A stretch of 32,000 nucleotides of DNA from Acinetobacter wanghuae. Lineage in GTDB: Bacteria > Pseudomonadota > Gammaproteobacteria > Pseudomonadales > Moraxellaceae. Numbering within the stretch: position 1 is the stretch's first letter; every line of letters starts with the position of its first letter. The stretch is from NCBI RefSeq assembly GCF_009557235.1, contig NZ_CP045650.1, positions 2,100,001-2,132,000 on the forward strand, given 5' to 3'. Below the pieces are notes generated by a model, which saw only the letters and a list, made by a program, of their open reading frames with translations, had not been told where the DNA came from and made no database searches. Shown piece by piece: positions 1 to 7,755 of the stretch. Position numbers and translations under genes: made by a program.

Positions 1-553
1 CACCCTTACCAGATGACACCAAAATCACATTTTTAATGCGTGGATGTTTTGGTACATCACGTTGCTGTGGTGCAGGTTTTTGAATTGGGGGGTTATTTGC
101 ATCGACTTCTGTCGTTTGTTCTGCTTTAGCTGCTGTTTTCGGCACGCTTGCTGAAGCATCCACCACAGGCGGTAAGTTATTTTTAGCAGATGTAGGTTCA
201 GCTTTTTGGCTTGAACAGCTTTCGCCTTCGCTATGATTGTGTCCACAGCCGCCTTCTTTGCCGTGACCACCTGTTTTTTGTTGAATCACATGCATATTCA
301 ATTCTTGAATACCGCATTTTTCTAAGGCATCGGCAAGTTCATCATGTATTTGTTGCAGTTGGTCTTTTTCGCTTGGCAGTGTATTGATGGTAATTTGCAG
401 CACCGCACCTTGTACGTTCACCTGTGTAATTCGATTTTTTAAAGCATTACTCGAATTTGGCAAAACGTAGTTTTGTAGTACCTGCTGAACCGCTTCCTCG
501 TTTACCTCTTGCGAAGGTTTAAAAACCGATTTAAGCGAAGAAAGCCACGACAT
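1..553 (-). CDS. apbC: Fe-S cluster carrier ATPase ApbC/Mrp, N-terminal 184 codons (gene continues past the left edge)
   Basis: Not in the ORF track. My translation of the minus strand from the ATG at 553-551 is open to position 2; I checked codon by codon and found no in-frame stop. It reads MSWLSSLKSVFKPSQEV...DVPKHPRIKNVILVSSGKG. That is a DUF59/MIP18-like N-domain, a long linker, then the start of the Mrp P-loop (E. coli Mrp has VSSGKGGVGKS). GGAG lies 8-11 nt upstream of the ATG. Confidence 0.85.
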   Translation of the reverse strand, partial: MSWLSSLKSVFKPSQEVNEEAVQQVLQNYVLPNSSNALKNRITQVNVQGAVLQITINTLPSEKDQLQQIHDELADALEKCGIQELNMHVIQQKTGGHGKEGGCGHNHSEGESCSSQKAEPTSAKNNLPPVVDASASVPKTAAKAEQTTEVDANNPPIQKPAPQQRDVPKHPRIKNVILVSSGKG

Positions 554-653
554 AGGTTACTCCAAAACTGTGAATAGTCATCTGAATGGCTTAGTTTAAC
601 GAGGTTTTAACCGAAGGTTAAGTATTGCTTTTTCTTGCATGCCGATATTGCAT

Positions 654-686
654 AAAAAAAACCAAGCAATTTGCTTGGTTTTTTTA
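654..686 (-). terminator. Rho-independent terminator after the hydrophilin gene
   Basis: AACCAAGCAA (660-669) pairs perfectly with TTGCTTGGTT (671-680). It is flanked by an A-run (654-660) and a T-run (679-686), so it reads as hairpin plus U-tract on the minus strand. Confidence 0.8.
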
Positions 687-698
687 ATTTCACTGGCG

Positions 699-1076
699 TT
701 AAGCCTGATCGTCTTTTTTAAATTTAGCCAACGTATCACTGGCTTTTTGTTTCAGCTCACCAAATTTGGTCGTCGCTTGTGCCTTCAGATCATCAAATTT
801 ATCAAGTGCATCATGCTTCAGATCTTGTGCTTTCTCTTTCGCGACATCCAATTTAGCACTCGCTTCTTCCTTTAAGTGCGCCAAGTTTGATGCTGAATCA
901 GAAGTTGTATCTTCGGTATTGTCTTTTAAAGCTTCAACTGTTTCTTTGGCATTTTCTTTAATAGTGTCGGCTTTTTCTTCAACCGCATGCTGTGCTTCTA
1001 ACGCTGTTTCACTCAGCTTATGACCTGTTTTTTGTGCCTGCTCTTTTATTTCATTTAAATGCTTATTGTTACTCAT
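699..1076 (-). CDS. Small hydrophilic LEA/apolipoprotein-like protein (hydrophilin-like), 125 aa
   Basis: ATG at 1076 with GGAG 9 nt upstream. The product is almost entirely K/E/D/A/T/Q, with no hydrophobic core. It has reiterated amphipathic segments (KFDDLKAQA, KFGELKQKA, LAKFKKD). Its own terminator follows. Confidence 0.8.
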   Translation of the reverse strand: MSNNKHLNEIKEQAQKTGHKLSETALEAQHAVEEKADTIKENAKETVEALKDNTEDTTSDSASNLAHLKEEASAKLDVAKEKAQDLKHDALDKFDDLKAQATTKFGELKQKASDTLAKFKKDDQA

Positions 1077-1228
1077 GCAAAATACTCCGTCGCAAGTTCA
1101 CTTCATTTCCCTATTAGGTATAGCGCAATTCCGAGCCAATTCATGTGAAAACTGCATTTTGCAACAGAGATGCTACACAATGTTGCATGTATAGCATCTG
1201 CATTTGACCAAGAGATTTGTCGTTTTGC

Positions 1229-2032
1229 TTAGGCTTTGACGGTACTCATGAAACTGACCGCAGAGAACAACCAAATAAATAAGATAAAACTACGTGCTTG
1301 GTTAAAGTTTTCTACATCTGTGCCATGCAGCATATTATGACGCGTCATGGTCACATTCGAGCTTGAGTCCATTTTATAAGCCGCAAGTTCGGCAAAGTAC
1401 GGATTCAATTCAATCGCAATTTTTGACTTATGCCACAAGCTTTTAATCTCGTTTGCTTTTAAACCCGGCACAATTTTATAAACATCGACAAACTTGGTAC
1501 CGTTCTGTTTTAAGAAGCCTGTCTTGAGTAAAATATCAGTCAAGATGCCTTCAAGCTGTGCATAGACATTTGGAATACAACCCGTATAGAAGCCAAGTTT
1601 GTACATTTTCAAGCTTTCAAGCAGCACCAAACGGCGCTTGGCTTTGATCTCTTCATCAATTTCCAAGGCATCAAAAGCTTTGAGTATTTCGGTTTGAAAA
1701 TATTCACTGTTAATCATATCGAGCAAGTCAAATTGCTCAATAGCTTCAAATTGATGGATCATCGGCCAAAAATGCATGAGGTTTAATGCATCATTGGCAA
1801 ACTTAGCCCCAATCGGTTGATCAAGTTCATCGGCAAGCACTTGGAAGTAGGCATCTTGCGCTGATAAATCCATTAAAGTTTTGATGAGCAGCGTATGTTC
1901 GTCGGCCGAGATCTCTTCAAGATATTGTGCGGCATCTTTTAAAATTTGCTGACCCAATTGTTTTTGACTCGCGGCATTTTGTTTAATACGCGTGACAGGT
2001 TGGTCGTCTTCATAGTCGTCATAATCATTCAT
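1229..2032 (-). CDS. Hypothetical all-helical protein, 267 aa, acidic N-terminus, C-terminal HEPN-like Rx4H motif
   Basis: Long ORF with an ATG start. R231-H-N-M-L-H236-G is encoded at 1325-1342 and is followed by one last hydrophobic helix. An upstream helix, LESLKMYKLGFYTGCIPNVYAQLEGIL, resembles the first HEPN/Abi_C helix. The function call is inference only. Confidence 0.7.
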   Translation of the reverse strand: MNDYDDYEDDQPVTRIKQNAASQKQLGQQILKDAAQYLEEISADEHTLLIKTLMDLSAQDAYFQVLADELDQPIGAKFANDALNLMHFWPMIHQFEAIEQFDLLDMINSEYFQTEILKAFDALEIDEEIKAKRRLVLLESLKMYKLGFYTGCIPNVYAQLEGILTDILLKTGFLKQNGTKFVDVYKIVPGLKANEIKSLWHKSKIAIELNPYFAELAAYKMDSSSNVTMTRHNMLHGTDVENFNQARSFILFIWLFSAVSFMSTVKA

Positions 2033-2145
2033 GGACGGCTTACTCTTTTCATCAATGCAATAAAGCTATTATCCACGAATCCACGCACACTGGCATTCTT
2101 AAGTCAGAAGTTTTAACGATTTAACTTAACTTTATTGCGTGACCT

Positions 2146-2760
2146 TTAATAAAAGTGCTTCACACTAAATAATAGCCTTTGTTCTTCTATAACCGCCCAA
2201 TAATCAGGATTACCATAACGTGGAGCAGCTTGTTCAAGCTTTTTAAATATAGGCTCCTGACAAGCTTGTTCTACATTTTTAAGATATTGGTCTGAACCAA
2301 ATACGATAAATGAATCTCGAAATCTTTCTTGCCTCAGCAACTGCAACCATGGATCTGAGACCACATAATGGATATTAGAATGCCATGTCTTCCAACGTTT
2401 CTTCACCGTTGGTCTAATGCACTCAATCTGTTCAACAGACTTTGCTTTATTTAGCTGCCATTGCTTTAGGAATGCTCGTTTGGTTTTTTCATTCAGCGGA
2501 TAAACCATCACCGATGCCCCCCAATCACCACCATGACGACGGCTAAAGTAAAAAATGGGATCTGCTAGATGTGGGAACTGTTCTCGATCAGCTTTAAGGG
2601 ATTGATTCCATCTTTCTTGATAGCGCCGATCATCTTCTATTTTGAATTTAATCGTTAAGCTCAAGATCATAAACAGACATGGGATGACCACAATATATGT
2701 AAATACTTTCAATACTCTTTTAAAAAAATTTAGCATTGTTTTATCTGTTGTTATTTTCAT
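2146..2760 (-). CDS. Hypothetical membrane-anchored protein, 204 aa
   Basis: Long ORF. It has one N-terminal TM segment (VFTYIVVIPCLFMILSLTI) followed by a basic, Trp-rich soluble domain. I recognise no family. No clear RBS; an alternative start is at M9. Confidence 0.65.
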   Translation of the reverse strand: MKITTDKTMLNFFKRVLKVFTYIVVIPCLFMILSLTIKFKIEDDRRYQERWNQSLKADREQFPHLADPIFYFSRRHGGDWGASVMVYPLNEKTKRAFLKQWQLNKAKSVEQIECIRPTVKKRWKTWHSNIHYVVSDPWLQLLRQERFRDSFIVFGSDQYLKNVEQACQEPIFKKLEQAAPRYGNPDYWAVIEEQRLLFSVKHFY

Positions 2761-2910
2761 TGATATATAAACAGATTATCAAACTTTAATGATACTTATG
2801 TTTAAGCGATCAGCATTTTTAAAGAATTCACCAAAAGCCTTATGCAAGTTTTGCTGATCTCAGGTAAAATCATCCACCTTGCATAATATACGAATGAGAG
2901 AGTCATATCC

Positions 2911-4968
2911 GTGCGTAATATCTTAGTCACCAACGCCCTTCCATACGCCAATGGCCCGATCCATATGGGTCACCTACTTGGTTATATCCAAGCTGATATT
3001 TGGGTACGTGCGATGCGTGCAATGGGTCATGATGTGACTTATGTCTGCGCGGATGATGCTCACGGTACAGCGATTATGCTTCGTGCTGAAGCAAATGGTA
3101 TTACGCCTGAAGCGCAAATTGCCAATGTGCAAAAAGAACATATGCGTGATTTTGATGGTTTTGGTGTGCACTTTGACCACTATGACTCGACCAACAGCGA
3201 AGAAAATAAAAACCGCTCATCTGAGATTTATATCAAAAACCGTGAAGCAGGCAACATTGCTGTTCGTCCTGTAACGCAGTTGTTTGACCCTGAAAAAAGC
3301 ATGTTCTTGTCGGATCGTTTCATTAAAGGCACATGCCCAAAATGTAAAGCGGAAGATCAATACGGCGACTCATGTGAAGTATGTGGTACAACCTATAACG
3401 CAACTGAATTACTCAATCCAAAATCAACATTAAGCGGTGCAACACCGATTGAGAAATCATCAGACCATTACTTCTTTAAATTGCCTAACTTTGGTGAATA
3501 CCTGCAAAAATGGACACGTGACGAAGGTCGCCTACCTGTTTCGATTGCCAACAAACTGGATGAATGGTTTGAAAATGGCTTAAACGATTGGGACATTTCA
3601 CGTGATGCGCCATACTTTGGTTTTGAAATTCCAGATGCGCCAAACAAATACTTCTACGTTTGGGTCGATGCGCCAATTGGCTACATGTCGAGCTTTGAAA
3701 ACTATATTAAAACCAAGCGTCCAGAATTAAGCTTTGACGATTACTGGAAAAAAGATTCTAAAAATGAGGTATATCACTTCATTGGTAAAGACATCGTGTA
3801 TTTCCATGCATTGTTCTGGCCTGCAATGCTTGAAGGTGCAAACTACCGTACCCCAACAGGTTTATTCGTCAACGGCTTCTTGACTGTTAATGGTCAGAAG
3901 ATGTCAAAATCTCGTGGTACGTTCATTAAAGCAGAAACTTACCTTGAACATTTAAACCCTGAATACCTACGTTACTACTTCGCATCTAAACTTTCGGACA
4001 AAGTTGAAGATTCTGACTTAAATCTTGATGATTTCGTTCAGAAAGTAAACTCGGATCTTGTCGGTAAAGTAGTCAACATCGCTAGTCGTTGTGCGAAATT
4101 CATTAACACTAAATTTGACAATAAATTGTCTGCAACGTGTGCAGAGCCTGAATTGGTGCAAAGCTTCATTGATGCGGGTGCTTCAATCGCTGCGCAATAT
4201 GAGTCACGTGAATTCTCTGCTGCCATTCGTGAAATCATGGCGCTTGCGGACAAAGCCAACCAATATATTGATGAGAAAAAGCCTTGGGCACTTGCGAAAA
4301 TTGAAGGCGAAGAACAACAAGTGCATGACGTATGTTCTGTTGGTATTAACTTATTCCGTCAATTGGCAGTTTACCTTGCGCCTGTACTTCCAACACTGGC
4401 AAAACAAGTTCAAGACTTCTTGCAATTGGAATCTTTCGACTTCGCTTCTCGTGAAATGATTTTAGTCGGTCATGAAATTGCATTGTTCCAACCGCTTATG
4501 CAACGTGTTGATCCTAAAGCAGTAGCTGCAATGGTCGATGCATCTAAAGATTCTTTAGCTGCACCTGCTGAAGCACCAAAAGTAGAAAAGAAAAAAGAGA
4601 AAGCCAAAGAGAAGAAAGCTGAACCTAAAGTCGGTGAAGCTGAAATTATCGGTATCGAAGACTTTATGAAAGTTGACCTACGTGTGGCTGAAGTTCTTGA
4701 AGCGGCTCACGTTGAAGGTTCTGATAAGCTTTTACAACTCACTTTAAATGTTGGTGAAGCTGAGCCACGTAACGTATTTAGCGGTATTCGTGAGTTCTAT
4801 GAGCCTCAAGACCTTAAAGGAAAATTGGTGGTGATGGTGGCAAACCTTGCTCCACGTAAGATGCGTTTTGGTATTTCTAACGGTATGGTTTTAGCTGCCG
4901 GTAATGGCGATGGTGTTTGGGTAATTTCACCTGAAACTGGTGCTAAACCGGGTGATAAAGTGTCTTAA
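2911..4968 (+). CDS. metG: Methionine--tRNA ligase
   Basis: GTG start with GAGAGAG about 8 nt upstream. HIGH-type motif PIHMGHL, KMSKS motif (QKMSKSRG) and zinc knuckle [18 protein letters not shown] are present. A Lys-rich linker precedes a C-terminal Trbp111/EMAPII-like tRNA-binding domain ([12 protein letters not shown]...). Confidence 0.98.
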   Translation: MRNILVTNALPYANGPIHMGHLLGYIQADIWVRAMRAMGHDVTYVCADDAHGTAIMLRAEANGITPEAQIANVQKEHMRDFDGFGVHFDHYDSTNSEENKNRSSEIYIKNREAGNIAVRPVTQLFDPEKSMFLSDRFIKGTCPKCKAEDQYGDSCEVCGTTYNATELLNPKSTLSGATPIEKSSDHYFFKLPNFGEYLQKWTRDEGRLPVSIANKLDEWFENGLNDWDISRDAPYFGFEIPDAPNKYFYVWVDAPIGYMSSFENYIKTKRPELSFDDYWKKDSKNEVYHFIGKDIVYFHALFWPAMLEGANYRTPTGLFVNGFLTVNGQKMSKSRGTFIKAETYLEHLNPEYLRYYFASKLSDKVEDSDLNLDDFVQKVNSDLVGKVVNIASRCAKFINTKFDNKLSATCAEPELVQSFIDAGASIAAQYESREFSAAIREIMALADKANQYIDEKKPWALAKIEGEEQQVHDVCSVGINLFRQLAVYLAPVLPTLAKQVQDFLQLESFDFASREMILVGHEIALFQPLMQRVDPKAVAAMVDASKDSLAAPAEAPKVEKKKEKAKEKKAEPKVGEAEIIGIEDFMKVDLRVAEVLEAAHVEGSDKLLQLTLNVGEAEPRNVFSGIREFYEPQDLKGKLVVMVANLAPRKMRFGISNGMVLAAGNGDGVWVISPETGAKPGDKVS

Positions 4969-4987
4969 GATTTAGGTCTTAGATAAG

Positions 4988-5018
4988 AAAAAGCCTCTAC
5001 GTTGTAGGGGCTTTTTTA
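4988..5018. terminator. Bidirectional intrinsic terminator between convergent metG and the UDG-like gene
   Basis: AGCCTCTAC (4992-5000) pairs with GTAGGGGCT (5004-5012), 9 bp with one G-U pair and a GTT loop. It is preceded by AAAAA and followed by TTTTTT. Confidence 0.85.
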
Positions 5019-5024
5019 TTATTA

Positions 5025-5789
5025 TCAAATTATGTTTTTATCTTTCAAAGCCTGTTTTACATGCCATTGTAGTCTTTTAAAAGAATGATTATCTAATGCT
5101 CGTTGACCTGTTAGCATTGAACTAAAAAATATAGGTACATCTTTTGAACATTCATTCCAGCTTAGTAAATCGTATCCCTTGTCTTCATCAAAGGTAATTC
5201 CCCAATCGGCACTATCACCTAAATTTATTTGTTCTTTTATTAATTCTGATGCAAATGCATTAACCACAACAATTAAACAAGGTTGTAATTCCTTAATTAA
5301 CCTTGTGGATAATTTGAATTGAGCTTCTCCGAAAGAGTTTAGCTTTCCACCCTTCTCAAGAATCATTTGTTTAAAATCTTTTTGGCTAGTCTTTCTATAG
5401 AAAAATAAATCAATATGGTTCCATGCCAATTTTTTATCATTATTTTCAAATGGGAGTAATTGCTCAAACTTATTGAAATAAGAATGTTGTGTTTTTTCGT
5501 TATCATTTTTTTGATACGCCCAAGAATCCAATAAATTGATTTGATTGATATATTCATCATCGTGGGCTGACCAGTTATAAATATCTTCAAATCCTACTTT
5601 TACCTTAGAATTAGTAATTGCACCTCTTACGTACTCGTCTTTAAAGGATGGATTCATACCTATGAATAATATTTTATCTTTGTCTTCTGGGGTAAATTTT
5701 TTATAGAAAATAGGACAAGGATGTTTCCCACTTTCATTTTTAAAATTTTCCTTCCATATTTCTAAAATTTTTTTATTAATTTCATTCAT
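5025..5789 (-). CDS. Divergent uracil-DNA-glycosylase-superfamily protein (SMUG/MUG-like motif 1), 254 aa
   Basis: ATG start with AAGAGA upstream. ILFIGMNPSF (GMNPS encoded at 5646-5660) resembles the SMUG1 motif GMNPG and the MUG/TDG motif GINPG. HIDLFFYRKTSQKD and LQPCLIVVVNAFASELI sit where the next UDG-fold strands are expected. The C-terminal motif 2 is divergent (IFFSSMLTG rather than HPS). The gene is markedly AT-rich. The CDS itself is confident; I put the family assignment at about 0.45. Confidence 0.8.
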   Translation of the reverse strand: MNEINKKILEIWKENFKNESGKHPCPIFYKKFTPEDKDKILFIGMNPSFKDEYVRGAITNSKVKVGFEDIYNWSAHDDEYINQINLLDSWAYQKNDNEKTQHSYFNKFEQLLPFENNDKKLAWNHIDLFFYRKTSQKDFKQMILEKGGKLNSFGEAQFKLSTRLIKELQPCLIVVVNAFASELIKEQINLGDSADWGITFDEDKGYDLLSWNECSKDVPIFFSSMLTGQRALDNHSFKRLQWHVKQALKDKNII

Positions 5790-5851
5790 TGTTATTCTCT
5801 TATGCTGTTATAAGAGAAAATATATTTTAATTATAATTTATAGGCAATACC

Positions 5852-6823
5852 ATGAAAACTTTAAAACCCCTATTCCTAGCATTCGCCCTAAGCACCACAG
5901 CCCTGACAACCCAAGCAGTTGAACCCACCACCATCCCAACGCAAAAACAAGTCGCTGGCTACTACCATCATCAAATCGGCAATATCCAAATCACCGCCCT
6001 ACTCGATGGTACAAACTACTTAAACCCATCCATGTTTAAAGGCTTAAATGACAGTGAAAAAACCGATATTCTTAAAAAATACGCAGCAGTAAACGACAAA
6101 GGTATCCAAACCTCAGTCAATGCCTTTCTCATCAATACAGGCAATCAACTACTCATGGTCGACAGCGGTGCTGCAAGCTGCTTTGGCGCACACTTAGGTT
6201 CAATCTACAACAACCTCAAAGCTTCAGGATATCAGCCTGAACAAGTGAATAGCATTTTCCTGACTCACTTACATCCTGACCATGTTTGCGGGATCTCAAA
6301 CAATAGTGTGGCGAATTATCCAAATGCCACCCTGCATATTTCAAAAACGGAATATGACTATTGGCTGAATCCAAATACCGTTAAAAAATTACCAAAAGAA
6401 AAACAAGCAGGCTTTTTAGGGACGGTTGAAAAAATCAAAGCGGCACTTGCCCCTTATGAAAAAGCCGAACAGATTAAGGTCTTTTCAGATAAGTCATTGC
6501 GCTTTGGCGATATCGAATTTAAACCATCCTTTGGACATACACCGGGACATTACAGCTTTAAACTTAAAGCGGATGGTCAGGATGTGGTCTTTATTGGCGA
6601 CATCGTGCATTCACATACCTTACAGTTTGATAAACCTGAAACAGCGATTGAGTTTGATATCGACCCACAAACTGCAGTGCAAACACGTTTAAAGCATTTT
6701 GCTGAATATGCCAAAGATGGACAGTTGATTGCAGCACCGCATTTACCATTCCCGGGGCTTGGTCATATTTATTCTAAAGATGGAACAAGCTATCACTGGA
6801 TGCCGGTGCATTTTAAAGACTAA
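5852..6823 (+). CDS. Secreted MBL-fold metallo-hydrolase, 323 aa
   Basis: Signal peptide MKTLKPLFLAFALSTTALTTQA/VEP. HxHxDH motif (HLHPDH), then GHTPGH and FIGDIVH metal-ligand motifs. Substrate is unknown (lactonase-like or other). Confidence 0.9.
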   Translation: MKTLKPLFLAFALSTTALTTQAVEPTTIPTQKQVAGYYHHQIGNIQITALLDGTNYLNPSMFKGLNDSEKTDILKKYAAVNDKGIQTSVNAFLINTGNQLLMVDSGAASCFGAHLGSIYNNLKASGYQPEQVNSIFLTHLHPDHVCGISNNSVANYPNATLHISKTEYDYWLNPNTVKKLPKEKQAGFLGTVEKIKAALAPYEKAEQIKVFSDKSLRFGDIEFKPSFGHTPGHYSFKLKADGQDVVFIGDIVHSHTLQFDKPETAIEFDIDPQTAVQTRLKHFAEYAKDGQLIAAPHLPFPGLGHIYSKDGTSYHWMPVHFKD

Positions 6824-6835
6824 AAGCATAATGTT

Positions 6836-6862
6836 AAGCCTTCTCTCTCTGGGAGAAGGCTT
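6836..6862. terminator. Terminator-like hairpin between convergent genes (no clear U-tract)
   Basis: AAGCCTTCTC (6836-6845) pairs perfectly with GAGAAGGCTT (6853-6862), 10 bp with a 7-nt loop. Confidence 0.45.
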
Positions 6863-6888
6863 GGATGAGGGCTAGTGAAATTAGAAAA

Positions 6889-7527
6889 TCACTTCATCCC
6901 AAAAATGAGTTTTAAACCCAGCACTGTCATAACCGCACCTGCTGCACGGTCAAAATTACTTTTAAATCTTAAATAAACTGCTCGTGGTTTTTCTGCCGAC
7001 AAAGCCACGGCAACCAACGAACACCAACCGCCATCAATGCAAAAACAAAGTAATGGCAAAACAAAATAGAAATACAACGGAATGTCTTTAGGTAAAAGTG
7101 CTGTAAAAATACTGGCTAAAATAATCGCAATTTTAGGATTAGACAATTGGGTAATTAAACCCGTGGTATATGCACGGCGATAAGACATTTGTTTGCCAGC
7201 AATCTCTTCTGATGCAAGCGGTTCTTTGGCATGTTTAATAATTTTATATGCCATCCAAAGTAAATATAAACCACCACAAATTTTAAGCGCTAAATACGCA
7301 GACGGCACAGCCAACAAAAAGGCTTGTAAACCGAGTACAGCCAACAATCCAAAAATCGCAGCACCTGTACCTGTACCGAGCGCTGTAAATAAACCATGCT
7401 GACGTGAAATCGCAATTGAATTTTTAGCAACATAAATTGATGTTGGTCCAGGACTCATTGCACCCAACATCAGCGCAAAAGCGATTGAACCTAAAATCCA
7501 AAATGATTCCACAAGACCACCTACCAT
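6889..7527 (-). CDS. LysE/RhtB-family amino-acid exporter
   Basis: 212 aa with about 6 TM segments. The N-terminal MSPGPTSIYV matches the PGP signature region of the LysE/RhtB family. Confidence 0.88.
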   Translation of the reverse strand: MVGGLVESFWILGSIAFALMLGAMSPGPTSIYVAKNSIAISRQHGLFTALGTGTGAAIFGLLAVLGLQAFLLAVPSAYLALKICGGLYLLWMAYKIIKHAKEPLASEEIAGKQMSYRRAYTTGLITQLSNPKIAIILASIFTALLPKDIPLYFYFVLPLLCFCIDGGWCSLVAVALSAEKPRAVYLRFKSNFDRAAGAVMTVLGLKLIFGMK

Positions 7528-7692
7528 GATATTTGGCAGGCATTTTACAAGCTAAGGCTCTGAATATCTCCCTATATTTAGCCAACAAAGTATCAATTGA
7601 CCAAATTATTCTCTACAAAAATCGATATCAGTAAAATTATTTACTAACAATATTAAAAAGTATGATTTTTATGCAAAACCTGATATTTCAGA

Positions 7693-7730
7693 ACAAAAAA
7701 AGGCGCATCCTATCATCACGAATGCACCTT
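7693..7730 (-). terminator. Rho-independent terminator after the small lipoprotein gene
   Basis: On the minus strand, AAGGTGCAT ... ATGCGCCTT (8 of 9 bp) is followed by TTTTTTT. Confidence 0.7.
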
Positions 7731-7755
7731 CTGTATTACTGATCGCTTGATTTTT

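Noticed and set aside
25-270. 81-aa minus-strand ORF from the track
   Set aside because: It is out of frame within the much longer open frame (2-553) that translates to a recognisable ApbC/Mrp N-terminus ending in the VSSGKG P-loop. It is a shadow ORF.
639-1023. Plus-strand ORFs 639-875 and 766-1023, antisense to the hydrophilin gene
   Set aside because: They are produced by the repetitive GAA/AAA/GCT-rich coding strand opposite. The first runs straight through the terminator hairpin at 654-686. The products are low-complexity and Cys/Phe/Ser-rich, and there is no RBS.
5852-6823. Secreted MBL-fold protein as a possible metallo-beta-lactamase resistance gene
   Set aside because: The HxHxDH motif and a signal peptide are shared by lactonases, glyoxalase-II-like enzymes, other hydrolases and subclass B3 enzymes. 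I see no further similarity to the carbapenemases I can recall. This cannot be decided without a search, so I make no resistance claim.
7662-7742. 26-aa plus-strand ORF in the 228-bp LysE/lipoprotein intergenic region
   Set aside because: It has no RBS and reads through the terminator hairpin of the lipoprotein gene. It is most likely fortuitous.
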